A stretch of 64,000 nucleotides of DNA. Source: Epithemia pelagica. Taxonomy: Eukaryota; Protista; Bacillariophyta. Under the pieces are notes generated by a model. The model was given only the letters and a program-made list of their open reading frames with translations. It did not search any database and had not been told where the DNA came from. Shown here piece by piece: positions 24,001 to 34,284 of the stretch. Within the stretch, counting starts at the first letter, position 1. Each line of letters opens with the position of its first letter. A program made the position numbers and the translations under genes. The stretch is taken from positions 2,976,001 through 3,040,000 of the forward strand of contig OX337229.1 of assembly GCA_946965045.2 (NCBI GenBank), given 5' to 3'.

Positions 24001-24042
24001 ATTCGACATGATGGACAGTGGATTGAAGATGAACCAGTCTAG
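21028..24042 (+). CDS. MORN-repeat protein B (1004 aa; CxxHP-CxxC motif, coiled coil, Q/N-rich disorder, C-terminal MORN block)
   Basis: DPYGDRGTYTG...GMPHGSG followed by about 7 MORN repeats ending DGSIRHDGQW. Confidence 0.85.
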   Translation: MRSKVSSSSPRVGGGIGNTNNNNNTRTRGVSPRTTPPTWSSSGAGAPAGSTTSGATTPASLAGSNSFGFNDALTVDSWSTTMTALLQPHKTQKNTFQCPIHPSFVTKDPLDGCPHCERQQQLTLQERRRSVEQQLRDMDLPSTAVAHDILSDLQSTVQNWKTQPTTSTSEGGPAANNTNNNNTSGFVAPPTPSSTYTSTTQTADNTRAAVRSSSLATSHSSASTRSMTNNHQNAFLPPHLQSPTPSNHTSSVLSPVETPKPSASQPQPTQEQQQPQQQQHAPPPPPSMPQFTAPPNALVPPTDPTATTAAAASTPLEALALQIQGMQRMQDWMLYQKEQECQTLRHRLDSATQQINTLAVENALLQEKLHQQEQRMKHELKLIKMAALQQRTNNNHNNNKATTNKSNTTGTLPAIQGPSSSSTALVGASNNATNNNSRMNHHHPNSTTASIKSIAAASQGNGTDAGTIPSTHQPMMVAPPQSGASIASHQSMSGAGAGSSSAFGTFPPPNGNNKTTQVVTSSVSPHDAQAMFVPDTTHSGGDAWSSPMTNFGSVAGQSQQSLQQAQPQQQAFGQAQLAPPSLNHPEFSPFPPQPQQPPLQDPNDTTITTNTDASMNRGGDSVSLSPTSEQQQQQQQDGRPINEDVDEQDTASFPDSNNNNNNGPVDLDDMTELLKAKKQQQQQSSSPTPKSTPTTIPSSEAEDDFADHQVVPRDIQIDPSNASTASTSVTNNHAVNSANNNNNNKTIPAIPPPPEHRSNAAAANTVVPWPEQAPAANSSKETPAPVLVNFPDSDNMSVGNTVASSTYGEDRQQVTQQVILDPYGDRGTYTGVILRSTGMPHGSGRMIYQEDKRTYDGEWRHGRWHGYGRATFANGDNYHGEYRFDQRHGRGRYEWNDGRVYDGMFREDKRHGRGIFTWPDGAVYEGDFRNGQREGHGTYRFSDGGRYEGSWKDGRYNGFGICNWEDGRCYKGEWLNGMAHGKGVETFADGSIRHDGQWIEDEPV

Positions 24043-24672
24043 CGGTAGGTAGGTACAGAGAGGTGAATGACACACCATCCAAGCAGGCACAATTCGTGTT
24101 GTACACTCCTCCACACTGGACGCTAGAGTGCAGGAACGCAACCACACCACCGTTCGTTCACTTTCCTTGTGTCAGTATTATCTATATAGTAAACGTATTA
24201 GAAACAACCAAACAGCGTGAATCATAAGAGCAGGGTCTCCAAGAGAGGACTTGCTCAACTGACTCTTGGCCAGTGCCACTGCCAACAAGTAGGGCGAGTA
24301 GCTGGACAAACTCGTGATTGGAGATTGGATGGATACTCCCAAGACTCAAAATGGCGGGAAACTGACGCATGTGCACCCACCCAAAAGATTGTCCTGCGCA
24401 TCCAAGAAAGAAAAATGAGCCGGCATGCCACCCTTTCTGCACAATGAATCATTTTTTGTGAGTTGAAGATATATACATACCTGGAGGATGGACCATCCTC
24501 GATTCCTCGTACCTTGGATGGATGACAATGAAGTAATTCTTTCGAGCTATCTTGCTTGCTTTCTCTTGAGCTTCATTCCACTTTTCCGGTTGCAGCAGAG
24601 TGCTAGCCAGATCTTGAGGAAGAGGTCATTGGTCACACTCACGGCACAAATCCAATCTCGGTGGTGGCAACC

Positions 24673-27387
24673 ATGGGTTCAGTGGCACATGCCCACGACG
24701 AGACGCCACTCCGTGCCGCGACAATGCAACATCCCGTCTACAATCCCTTGGAGTTGCCTCCGACACGAGCCGCACTGGCACAACTGGAACCGATTCTGTT
24801 GGGTTCGGAGAAGCATACTCATCACGAGTTGCGTCTCTATTCCATGCGTGCCACCTACCATGCTACAGTGTTGGAACAATTTTATCAACAACTCATGATC
24901 CCCCTCTTCCCTCTGGAACACGAACGCGACGAATTGGACGATTGGATTCAGTGTTTGGATCCGGCGCTCCCGACCACCAATGAGGAAATTATTGACATGG
25001 ATGTCTTGATTTTGGTGCGACAGAAGAACGCTGACCCGGAAATTGTCGCGGGAATTGCGTTGGAGTATTACAAGCCGTCTCGTGTCGGATTGATCTCGTA
25101 TCTCTGTGTGTCTCCCCATTACCGCCAATGTGGGTTGATGCGCCTCCTGCACCCGGTTGCCGTGGCCTGTTTGGAGGCCTTGCATGCCGGTTCGGCTGGT
25201 CGCACTAGTGCGGAACCGATTCGGGCCATTTTGGCCGAAACCAATACCTTGAATGCCGGCGACGCTTCGCCCGCCTTGATTGGACAACGCCATACCGTCT
25301 TGCATCGGTTGGGATACCGGCAACTCCAGGTACCCTATGTCCAACCACCCCTCGAGGTCGATCAAGACTCGTTTGACGATATCGTGCTCCTGGTACATGT
25401 GGGCCCCAACGACAACGACGACGACAAGACGATTCAGTCGCTGGATTCTCAAATCGTCTTGGACTTTGTGACAGACTTTTACCAATCGGTCTACGGTCGG
25501 GAGGCCGCCCACGCGTATCATCAACATTGGTATTACCGGGTCGCGTCGTGGTTTTGTCACCAGACGCCCCGCCTGGGTCTCGTGACGACTCGTCCGCCCT
25601 GGACCGAGGATTGTACGCCCACGTGTCGGGCTCACTGGGAAGCATCGGAACAAGTGATTGGCATTGTCGGAGCTGGAATTTCGGGATTGGTCACGGCCGT
25701 GGCCGTGGCGAACCAAGTCTTGAGGCGTCAGCAACAAGCAGTCCAGGAAAACGAAGAAGAATCGCCCTTGCAACCCTGTACCATTCATGTTTGGGAGGCA
25801 CACGACAATGTGGGGGGACGGATACGCACCCTCTTGACCCATATCCCCGAGGACGACCCGAAAACTGACGACGACGACGATGACGACGACTCGGGAGAGG
25901 ACCGTCTGGAGAAACTGTGTCGAGCCTTTGCGCCATGGCCCATTTCGATGGGGGCCGAATTTGTCCATGGTATACATGGCACTCTCAGCAATGTGATTGC
26001 CAGTCAATCGGACTGGAACCTGGAAGAAACCTTTGATTTGTCGTCGTCATTGAATGAAGAAGAGGACGCCCCCTTGTTGTTGACCAGGTTGGCGACGCAC
26101 CGTCTTTCCATGGCACAGCGCGACTATGGGGCCGTGCGAATCTTTGACAATGGACGCTACACGCACTCCCCTCGACTGTGGCCCTGGGAACTCGACGGCG
26201 ACAATGTCTCAGCGAGCCAGGATACCTTTCCCCAACGACTGCAACGGGTCAAACATATTTGGGACCAAGTGTGTCACATCGCGCACCAGTTGGAGACCCA
26301 ACACAAAATTCCTCCCGACATGTCCCTGGAAACCTATATACGGCAGCACGTGTACCACGACAAGGATGCGGACCCAGACGAAGTGGAGGTTGTGCTCCAA
26401 ATTCTCGAAGCCGTCTATGCCAATACGGCAGCCTCCCAGAATGAATCCTTTGGCATTCATGAAGCTAGTCGAGAAGAAGAAGCATGGGATCATTCCGAAC
26501 ACAATTTTCGGACGGCCGGGGTGTTTGCCGATTTGATTGACTATTACATGGACCAAATCCATCAACTCAATGCGCAAGGTCAGGGACACGTGGTGATTTG
26601 TGTCCACACGTCCACTCCAATTACGCGTATTCGAGACTACCAGTCTCGAGTGGAAGTGTCCAAGAAAGATGCAACAACGGCCATGTGCGATAAGGTAGTT
26701 GTGACAGTTCCTCTCGCGGTTCTCAAGACCAATGGTATTCTCTTTGAAGGAGCCTATGCGCTTCCTCCAGAAAAGCAATCTGCCATTGAATCCGTGAACA
26801 TGTTTTCGGGCATGAAGATTCATGTTCTTCTCCGACGCGGAGTGGACATTTCCGAAATTCCGTTGGCCATCCAGTTCACCGAACTGGTCTTTTGTCCAGG
26901 CGAGATTTGTGTGCAAATTTGGTTTCGGCGCAATGCCGATTCGGTCTTGGTGACTGGTTTCGTGCCTGCCAATGCCCGAGATCGATTAAAAGCGGCAGTA
27001 GCCGAACGAACCGAGGCGGAATCCGAAACCGCGTGCGTCCAACGGTTGGTGCTGGACCAACTCCATCGCATGTACAACAGGGAAACGACCACCAAAGAGG
27101 AAGTGCTGTTTGATTCCACGCCGTCGTGTTCTGCCTTTTGCATGCACGATTGGTTGGAGGACGAGTACGTGCAGGGCATGTATTCCTCACCTTCGGTGGG
27201 CGCTGGATGGCAAGACTCCAGCAGCGACCGTACATGTCGACATGACTTGGCATCTCCGATTCGTAATACTGTATTCTTTGCCGGAGAACACACCAACGTT
27301 TCGACGAGTGCCTCGGTTCAGGCTGCCATGGATAGCGGCCTACGTGCTGCGGATCAAGTCTACAAGTCTCTTGAAGAAATGTCATGA
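24673..27387 (+). CDS. Fusion of an N-terminal GNAT-like acetyltransferase and a C-terminal flavin-containing amine oxidase
   Basis: GNAT-like: IALEYY...LISYLCVSPHYRQCGLM...RLGYRQLQVPYVQPPL. Oxidase: IVGAGISGL, EAHDNVGGRIRT, MGAEFVHG, VVVTVPLAVLK, GMKIHV, HDW...GMYS and FFAGEHT...VQAAMDSGLRAA. One uninterrupted ORF with first ATG at 24673. Confidence 0.8.
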   Translation: MGSVAHAHDETPLRAATMQHPVYNPLELPPTRAALAQLEPILLGSEKHTHHELRLYSMRATYHATVLEQFYQQLMIPLFPLEHERDELDDWIQCLDPALPTTNEEIIDMDVLILVRQKNADPEIVAGIALEYYKPSRVGLISYLCVSPHYRQCGLMRLLHPVAVACLEALHAGSAGRTSAEPIRAILAETNTLNAGDASPALIGQRHTVLHRLGYRQLQVPYVQPPLEVDQDSFDDIVLLVHVGPNDNDDDKTIQSLDSQIVLDFVTDFYQSVYGREAAHAYHQHWYYRVASWFCHQTPRLGLVTTRPPWTEDCTPTCRAHWEASEQVIGIVGAGISGLVTAVAVANQVLRRQQQAVQENEEESPLQPCTIHVWEAHDNVGGRIRTLLTHIPEDDPKTDDDDDDDDSGEDRLEKLCRAFAPWPISMGAEFVHGIHGTLSNVIASQSDWNLEETFDLSSSLNEEEDAPLLLTRLATHRLSMAQRDYGAVRIFDNGRYTHSPRLWPWELDGDNVSASQDTFPQRLQRVKHIWDQVCHIAHQLETQHKIPPDMSLETYIRQHVYHDKDADPDEVEVVLQILEAVYANTAASQNESFGIHEASREEEAWDHSEHNFRTAGVFADLIDYYMDQIHQLNAQGQGHVVICVHTSTPITRIRDYQSRVEVSKKDATTAMCDKVVVTVPLAVLKTNGILFEGAYALPPEKQSAIESVNMFSGMKIHVLLRRGVDISEIPLAIQFTELVFCPGEICVQIWFRRNADSVLVTGFVPANARDRLKAAVAERTEAESETACVQRLVLDQLHRMYNRETTTKEEVLFDSTPSCSAFCMHDWLEDEYVQGMYSSPSVGAGWQDSSSDRTCRHDLASPIRNTVFFAGEHTNVSTSASVQAAMDSGLRAADQVYKSLEEMS

Positions 27388-27613
27388 CGACAATCTACTG
27401 CAGTGCTTTCGTAGGTTCCCGCTTTGGACGAATGAAGTTACTATGTTACAGCATTATGAGAGACGATTCACGAGATCTCAACTCGTATTCTTGTCGTGGC
27501 GCAGGGATTTCTCATGTCTGCAGCCATCTCACTCACTTTCAAGGCGAAGAGATCTCTATTTTGGTTAGTTTCATTTCTTTACGGCAAAGAACGAAGCATT
27601 ATTTCCAGGAGCA

Positions 27614-28495
27614 TTAACACAGTTCAGGGATCTTGCCCTTTTTGGCTGCCAGCCGCTTGCGTGTTTGACGGGCCAACTCGGCTCGCTTTTCCGCATTGGT
27701 CATCTTCTTGGGAGGGCCCGTGTATGTGGGGTAGGACACGTTGCTGTCACCCAATGGAACTCGCTCATTCGAGGAACTGAGGGTTCGCTCTTTCATGGGA
27801 ATGGGAACCGAGTAGTCGACCGGATGATTTTTGGTCTTGTGGTGCGCGAATGAATCCACGTAATGAGCATTCGGAACAACGACATTTTCTTCAAAGGAAC
27901 GGTTCGCTTTGACTTCGGGTTGGAAGCTAGGGACTTGCAGTGTCGGGTGATCCACATCAATGGTAGGACTTGTGGTCTGCGTTGCTTCCAATCGAAGGGA
28001 CGATACGGCACTTGCGAGACGTTCTCGATCGGTGAGCAAGGGGTCATGTTCGGCGCGAGCGAGGGACTTTTGTTTGTTCTGAGCAATGAGCGCCGATGCT
28101 TGCTGGACACTCATCATGGATCCACCCAGGGAAGGTGCATTCTTCACTTCCCTGTCGAAACTTGGGGCCTTGTGCAAATCCAGGTCCCGGTCGCCCGACA
28201 TTTCGAGACGCTTGCAAAGGTCCTCCGCGCGAGATCGACTCTGCTCTTGCTCCGAAGATCGATTGCGCCGAAACATGAGATTCCCCGAGTACGATTGCCG
28301 GATTTCGGTAGGATCCGACTCTTCCATGGATAAGGGCATGGTGTTGCTGGTGCGGATTCCTTCATGAGCCACTGACCGTGTTCCTTCGTAATGATTGGGA
28401 TATCCCCACGAGGGCATGTTGGCGGTCATGGCACTGCCACGAGGAATGGCAGGCTGTTGCTGTTGCTGGGGGCGAAGGGAGCTTCTGGAATACAT
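27614..28495 (-). CDS. Hypothetical low-complexity protein (293 aa)
   Basis: ATG-initiated ORF that is the longest in its interval. No recognisable domain. Confidence 0.5.
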   Translation of the reverse strand: MYSRSSLRPQQQQQPAIPRGSAMTANMPSWGYPNHYEGTRSVAHEGIRTSNTMPLSMEESDPTEIRQSYSGNLMFRRNRSSEQEQSRSRAEDLCKRLEMSGDRDLDLHKAPSFDREVKNAPSLGGSMMSVQQASALIAQNKQKSLARAEHDPLLTDRERLASAVSSLRLEATQTTSPTIDVDHPTLQVPSFQPEVKANRSFEENVVVPNAHYVDSFAHHKTKNHPVDYSVPIPMKERTLSSSNERVPLGDSNVSYPTYTGPPKKMTNAEKRAELARQTRKRLAAKKGKIPELC

Positions 28496-29378
28496 GATGA
28501 CTGTGCAGATGAATGAGGCTTCAAAGAGAACTCCAACTTGTAGTCAATCAACAATTGACTGATGGAACTGTAAATTTTGAGGCAGGAGATGGCGTCTTAT
28601 TCGTAATGGCGGAAACAAACCCTGCCAGTCGTTTGAGGTATTGATGGTCGATTGATGAAGGGAAGTGAAGCGATAAAGGTGCACCACCCACTCTTGCGGA
28701 AAAGAAGCGAACAATCAGGAAACGAGATTTCGTGTTCGCACATGACAGTAATTTTGGGGGATTTGAGACGTAATTCCTATTGGGCGATCTTCCTGCACGC
28801 GGGCAAGCTCTTTCTACTCCCAGGAAGTTTTCCCGTTGAGCCGGCAAGCCAGCCCAATACGAGTCTTTCCCGCTGCTCCTCAGCGTTAAAGGGACTCAAT
28901 CCCCCAAAAGCACATGGACAACGGTTGGTTTGATGTTTTTTCCCAACGATGGGATTGTGTGGTATCCCCCAACTTTCCCACGAAGAAAATGTCCAGAAGA
29001 GAGACAGCGTCCGAAACACGTGTTCTCCTTTCTCGGTTTGTGTTCGCTGGCCGGAGTCTGCACGACACACCACATCATGGTAGACCCGCGGCTTTCTATG
29101 GGAGTACGGGACCTCCAAGGGAAGGATGTTGCATACGGTCTATCGCCGCTTTCTTTCCCCGACCGACAGAAATAATGGTTCACTTGCGATTTTGCGCAAA
29201 ATGGTATCCAAGCCAACGCCTCATTTATTTGTCGAGCTCAACGGTCGGTGATCATGGCAGCCATTGAATTCTTCGAGGTCAATCAAGTCATGACAATATC
29301 GAGGAAAAGTAGAGCACGACTACGGTGGTTTAGAGTCGAAACATACTATGCCTTAAAGGCCAATGTCCATTGTGTGTT

Positions 29379-30163
29379 CTATCCCGAAGTCAACTCCTCG
29401 CCGTCGATCCCAGAGGCGATTTCGTCTCGGACTTGAGTCAGAATTTCGCCTAGCAAGTTCATGCCCTTCCACTGTGAAGGTGGTGTACGACGAGCCTCTG
29501 CTTCGGTCATGCCAATACCCCAGATTCGGTCGTGGGGAGAGGCTTCCACGAGGATACTACCAGGTTTCGTGTCCAGGAGTGCTTGGCGCAAAGGTTGGTT
29601 TTGCGTAAACTTGGCCATTGAGTTTCGGTAGACAATCTCCCGTTTCTGTTTGTTCCATACCTCGCCATCAAAACCTTAATCTTTCGACCCAGCACTTTCA
29701 TTTCCTTGGGATTGGACGTTTGCAAGATGAGCTTGGCAACATCATGGTCACGGAACAGGAGTGCCTTGCCATGCATCATTCCTTGTTCTGCACAAACATA
29801 CTCAACGCCGTCCAGAACGTAGGAGGCCTTGTGCCACTGCGAAAAAGGACTCTCGGACCTCCAGAAAAAGTGAAAATTGGTCATGGAGACCGCTTCGTCA
29901 TTGGAATTGATGGTGTCCCCCTTCATGTTTGGAGTGGCTGCAGTATTTTGGTTGGGACGACCGCTCGATGCAAATGGTTTTCCTTGGCCTTTTTTGCGTG
30001 CATTGCACGGTAGATGGGAATGCCTTCCGTGAACAGTCTTGGTTTCGGGCAAGATGAAAAAGTGAGAAGAACGCATCTCGTTGGCATGGTTCCGTGTGGG
30101 TACGAACCCACGACTGCTCTGGACGAAGATCGCTGCAAAGAGAAGTACCAATAGAACCCACAT
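29379..30163 (-). pseudogene. NADAR (YbiA/COG3236) family N-glycosidase with plastid-type presequence and a 1-bp frameshift
   Basis: FFWRSESPFSQWH...CAEQGMMHGKALLFRD...KVLGRKIK, then in another frame (G)FDGEVWNKQKREIVYRNSMAKFTQN...LVEASPHDRIWGIG. One missing base in the CC run at 29674-29675 joins the two frames. Confidence 0.8.
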
Positions 30164-31042
30164 TTCTTACAAGGAATTCTTGTGTTTTCTCGAATGGCAA
30201 GGTCAATGGGCGGACTCTTATGTCATTTTACTTGCAGACAGATCCTTTCAAACATGGCGTGAATCGGCCCAATCGACACGCGGAACTGGTCTGTAAATAA
30301 ATATTCGGAAGCAGGGGATCGCAAATCGCAACCCCACGACTCTACAGTCATCGTCAGGCCGTCATGTCATCATTCATGATACGTTGTATATCTTGGCGGC
30401 TTACATTCCTGCCGCTGGAGAGTAGTTAGTGGGGGACTTCAAGCACAAACCACACTGGACTGGCGGAGTACGGACGTCAGCTGTTATCATGATCTTCGTC
30501 TACGAGTTACGAGTACCCATATACATCCACGAACTACTCCTACGAATACACGTAACTATTACTAACCTACAAATACCATCAAGAAAATTGAACGCCAGTT
30601 GGATACCACTTTGAAGCTCGGACACAGTGCCTGAGATCCCGTTGATGAAACCCAAGTGCTCCGGAAGCATAGTGTGGTATGACCGTTTGCCTTTCCTCCG
30701 ACCGCTCTGTCATTGACCCATTGATTCTTCAACAAAACAAAACTTTTGGGAAGTAGAGCTGAGCTCTCAAAGGTGTCAAACGACACTCACTCTGCAGAGG
30801 CTGCCTGATGACATGAGTTGTCCTTGTTCTACAAACAGTGAAAATACGGAGGACCGAAAGATAATGTGAGAAACATTTGGCGATGTGATGAACCGCGGAA
30901 CCAGAGCCAAGATCTGAAGATGCGGCCTGACCTAAAGACGGTTCGGACAGTATAACATCATCTGCTATAATTAAACATAGGAATTGATGTATGCTAAAAT
31001 GTAGTGCTAGTATGCATGATATACGCAGTTGGGGCCGTCCGA

Positions 31043-32083
31043 TTAACATGATTGGCGGAGGTAAATGGATTGAAGCCGATTGGTTCGAATCATTCGACGC
31101 CACTTTTTGGGCGACGACCAACGACGACGTGCGCGAGGAGCCTTCTTCTTTTGCATCGTCGCACAAGACGACGACGACGAAGAACTGGACACGGAGGAAA
31201 GTATCGAGGAATGGCCATCCACTTCTTCTTCCTCCTCCTCTTCGTACGGCTTGTTCAGAATATCAATGTCGTCTTCAATCATACGAACTGTTGCACGTTG
31301 GATACGAGGGGGAGTTGTGAAACCTCCGAGGTCATTGGAGTTGTCACGGGGAGTAGTTTCGTCGTTCTGTTCCGGCTGTTGCTCGAGATCCGCAAGCAAA
31401 CACGACGAAGACATGGTTGTGGAGGATGACTGCGAACAGTCGTTGTCATCGTTGAACGGCTGTGTGAGAAGACCTGTAACCATTTTGTTGCGCTGATCCT
31501 CCGCATCGTCTGTAACGGCACTTTCAGGAAAGCCGTCATCGTGTGTCAAGGACGGAACACTAAGCACATTGTCTTGATTGTCCTGTCTTTCTTCTTCATC
31601 CTCACTGTCTTCCACTGGGTTAACACTTTCCGTAACGAGAACATGCTCTGTGTTCTCTTCATTCACGTCAGCCATACAGACATCATCATCTTCGTTGTCC
31701 GACTGATTGACCACAGGACCGATAGTTGCTTCTTGATCCAAGTCCACAGAGGTTGCCTCCGGAATAAGAGTAGACGGTTCAGGACGAGAGATTTCCAGAA
31801 AATTCTTTTCGGCTTCTTCCTTGGCTCGCGACACTTGCTCCAGAATGTTCTTCAACTCCAGTTTGGCGTCATGGATCTTGGCTTGGTAGTCGAGTGCCTC
31901 CTTTTGGAGTTGGGGAAGAGTTGTTCGAATGGCTTCGATATCCAAGAGGACTTGTTTGGCATCTTCCAAATGCTGAATTGTTTGATGAGCGGTGATCTTC
32001 ATTCTTGTGTTTGATGGAAATTTTCTTGACGAATGGCTGGTGCTTGCACGTTTTGTGGATTTGCGTTTTATGATCCCATTCAT
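31043..32083 (-). CDS. Hypothetical protein with N-terminal coiled coil and acidic disorder (346 aa)
   Basis: Long ATG ORF with heptad-like segment IQHLEDAKQVLLDIEAIR...LEQVSRAKEE. The 5' end is uncertain. Confidence 0.5.
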   Translation of the reverse strand: MNGIIKRKSTKRASTSHSSRKFPSNTRMKITAHQTIQHLEDAKQVLLDIEAIRTTLPQLQKEALDYQAKIHDAKLELKNILEQVSRAKEEAEKNFLEISRPEPSTLIPEATSVDLDQEATIGPVVNQSDNEDDDVCMADVNEENTEHVLVTESVNPVEDSEDEEERQDNQDNVLSVPSLTHDDGFPESAVTDDAEDQRNKMVTGLLTQPFNDDNDCSQSSSTTMSSSCLLADLEQQPEQNDETTPRDNSNDLGGFTTPPRIQRATVRMIEDDIDILNKPYEEEEEEEVDGHSSILSSVSSSSSSSSCATMQKKKAPRARRRWSSPKKWRRMIRTNRLQSIYLRQSC

Positions 32084-33115
32084 CTTTTCCGCCTCTTCGT
32101 CTTGGAAGCAAATTTTCTGGTTTCGATGTGTTGGAATGAAGTTTTGAGTTCCGTGCCAGTCGCGGAAGATAATGAGTCGTGGAAGGACTCCAAAACTCTT
32201 TTGGGAAAAGGCAATCTAGCTAATAGCAATAGGCATGTGTATGTGTCAGATCTGCCATTTTCTTTCTCATTGCTCCATCGCCCAACACTCCGCGACATGT
32301 CTCGGAAAGACTGTCTTTTCCTCATGTTATGACTTGTGAACGATAGTACTGCGATAGAATCATCTAGAGAGTCTACGCAGTGGCTGCCGGGCCGCTCGTT
32401 GTTGGTTCATGACCGGAATCCCCGTGGAGGAATTACTGATCTTCCTTGCGTTATAATAGAGAGAGACTATTCCAAGTCGCGATGAAAGAGAAATGGTGGT
32501 TGGAGTTCCAAAATGCACTCCTGCTTTGATTCTGTGACGCGATGATCTTTGGAGAAGTCTCGTTCTTTTACTTTCGTCATCGGCATGTCGTCTGGCTTTC
32601 CTGTTTACCGCAAGGTAGACAGTCCAGTCACATCCACGGCTGTGATGGTGATTGGATTTGGATGTCTTGTTGTTTCTGTGGATGGACTTTTTTGTCGATT
32701 CCATCCAATGGCGCGTAGCGGTCACCCGAAATCGCACGCCGCACCTTCGATTCTTATTGGGTCGGCGTAATTAATAGCTGTGTTTCATGTATACTCCGTA
32801 ATTTTTAGCGGTTTCTGACCGTTGTGTCTGGTATTGTAGGTAGATCGTGATGAGCGCACTGCGCGTTTTTGAAAAAATGACGAAAACACTGCATCAACGA
32901 CAACAACGACGACGACGAACTCAAGACAGCCGCAACCACCTGACAACTGCGTGACAACACAACACACAAGCCTTTGCGATTGAATCGGAACGACACCTTG
33001 TTGCGCTCGTTGGACCATTTTCCTTTTCAGAACGCCCTCGGTCCTTGGTTAAGCGGAGAGCAGGCGGACGGCTGACGACAGTAGTACGAAAGGTGCTCCA
33101 TCCAAGACCTGAACC

Positions 33116-34006
33116 ATGAAGTTCTTCCGAAGACGGAAAGACAAGAAAAAAGCCAAAGAGGGCCTTGGTGGTGGTGAACCAGACATTAGTCCCAAACGAC
33201 GAAGCAATAAAAACAACAATAGTTACGTTGGTTCCAGCAACAGTACACCCAGTTCTCCTTCCAAATCACCACCCAATTATTCCCAAACCAGTGCGCGTCG
33301 TGACCCCGGTCCCGCGGCACCCTTGTCGCAACAACAACAACAACAACCCCTATCTCCCAGTGGGACACCCGTACGAACCAATGTGGCAGCTGTGGCCACT
33401 GCGGCAGCCGCATCCGTACCTCCTTCTCCACAACAACAACAACCACCTCCTCCACCACCACAGGTACAACAACAACCACCACAAGGAGTGGCTGCACCAT
33501 CGGCGGCCGCAGCGAACAACAATCCGGCGTTGCAACGTCAAATGGAAGAGTCCAATTCGGCATCCATTGAATTGACGCGTAATTTAGTCAAGAAATTCAT
33601 TGCCGATATTTGGAATCGTGGAGAAGTTGATTTGATACCCGAAGTCTGCAGTCCTTCCTTACGATTCAATGGTAATACTGGTTTTGACCGTGTCGGTCAC
33701 GATGGATTGGCACGCATGGTAGCGACCATTCGAGATGCCTTGGATGATTATCATTGTGAAATCCATTCCATGGTCGTGGAACACAATAAGGCCTTTTGCC
33801 GCTTGCGATTTACGGGCAAACATACGGGCAATTTGTTGGGATATCCACCCACTGGCAAGGTGGTGGGATGGATGGGTGCCACCGAATTTACCTGTCAAAA
33901 CGGGAAAATCCTCAAAGTATGGGAATTGGGTGATATCAAAACGTTGGAAGAACAATTAATTGCCGTTGACGATCATCCCATGGAAGAACATGACGAGGAT
34001 GATTGA
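33116..34006 (+). CDS. SnoaL-like (NTF2-fold) ester/polyketide cyclase domain protein
   Basis: LVKKFIADIWNRGEVDLI...RLRFTGKHTGNLLGYPPTGKVVGWMGATEF...GKILKVWELGD, preceded by a polybasic N-terminus and a Q/P-rich linker. Confidence 0.85.
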   Translation: MKFFRRRKDKKKAKEGLGGGEPDISPKRRSNKNNNSYVGSSNSTPSSPSKSPPNYSQTSARRDPGPAAPLSQQQQQQPLSPSGTPVRTNVAAVATAAAASVPPSPQQQQPPPPPPQVQQQPPQGVAAPSAAAANNNPALQRQMEESNSASIELTRNLVKKFIADIWNRGEVDLIPEVCSPSLRFNGNTGFDRVGHDGLARMVATIRDALDDYHCEIHSMVVEHNKAFCRLRFTGKHTGNLLGYPPTGKVVGWMGATEFTCQNGKILKVWELGDIKTLEEQLIAVDDHPMEEHDEDD

Positions 34007-34284
34007 GGATATAACCTGTAGTTATTGGTTACACACCAACAACTAATTATAGTTTGTGGAATTTCACGGGAGCTGGAAGATAATGTAGCATGGTTTTGTG
34101 CGATTTCTTTTGCATCCATACTACGTCATCCAAAACTGTAAGAATCGGTCGATCGTGGACTTGGTGTTTGTACACGATGAGAATACTACAGAGACAATCA
34201 TACTTTACACGTTCTACTTCTTACTTAGCGTAAACAAGACAGCCATATCACACTTCATTTGTCAGGATAGCTTGGCAGAATACA

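Noticed and set aside
8438-26007. Long opposite-strand or alternate-frame ORFs (for example 9499-10611, 20968-22161, 24679-26007)
   Set aside because: They are shadows of low-complexity, codon-biased real genes. Their products are hydrophobic V/L/G runs without motifs.
28548-29267. Cluster of overlapping 60-120 aa ORFs between the hypothetical gene and NADAR
   Set aside because: There is no dominant frame, motif or codon bias. The region is probably intergenic or UTR.
32080-33018. Additional upstream exons or genes for the 31043-32083 ORF
   Set aside because: I could not build a consistent splice or frame path, and the short ORFs lack coding signals.
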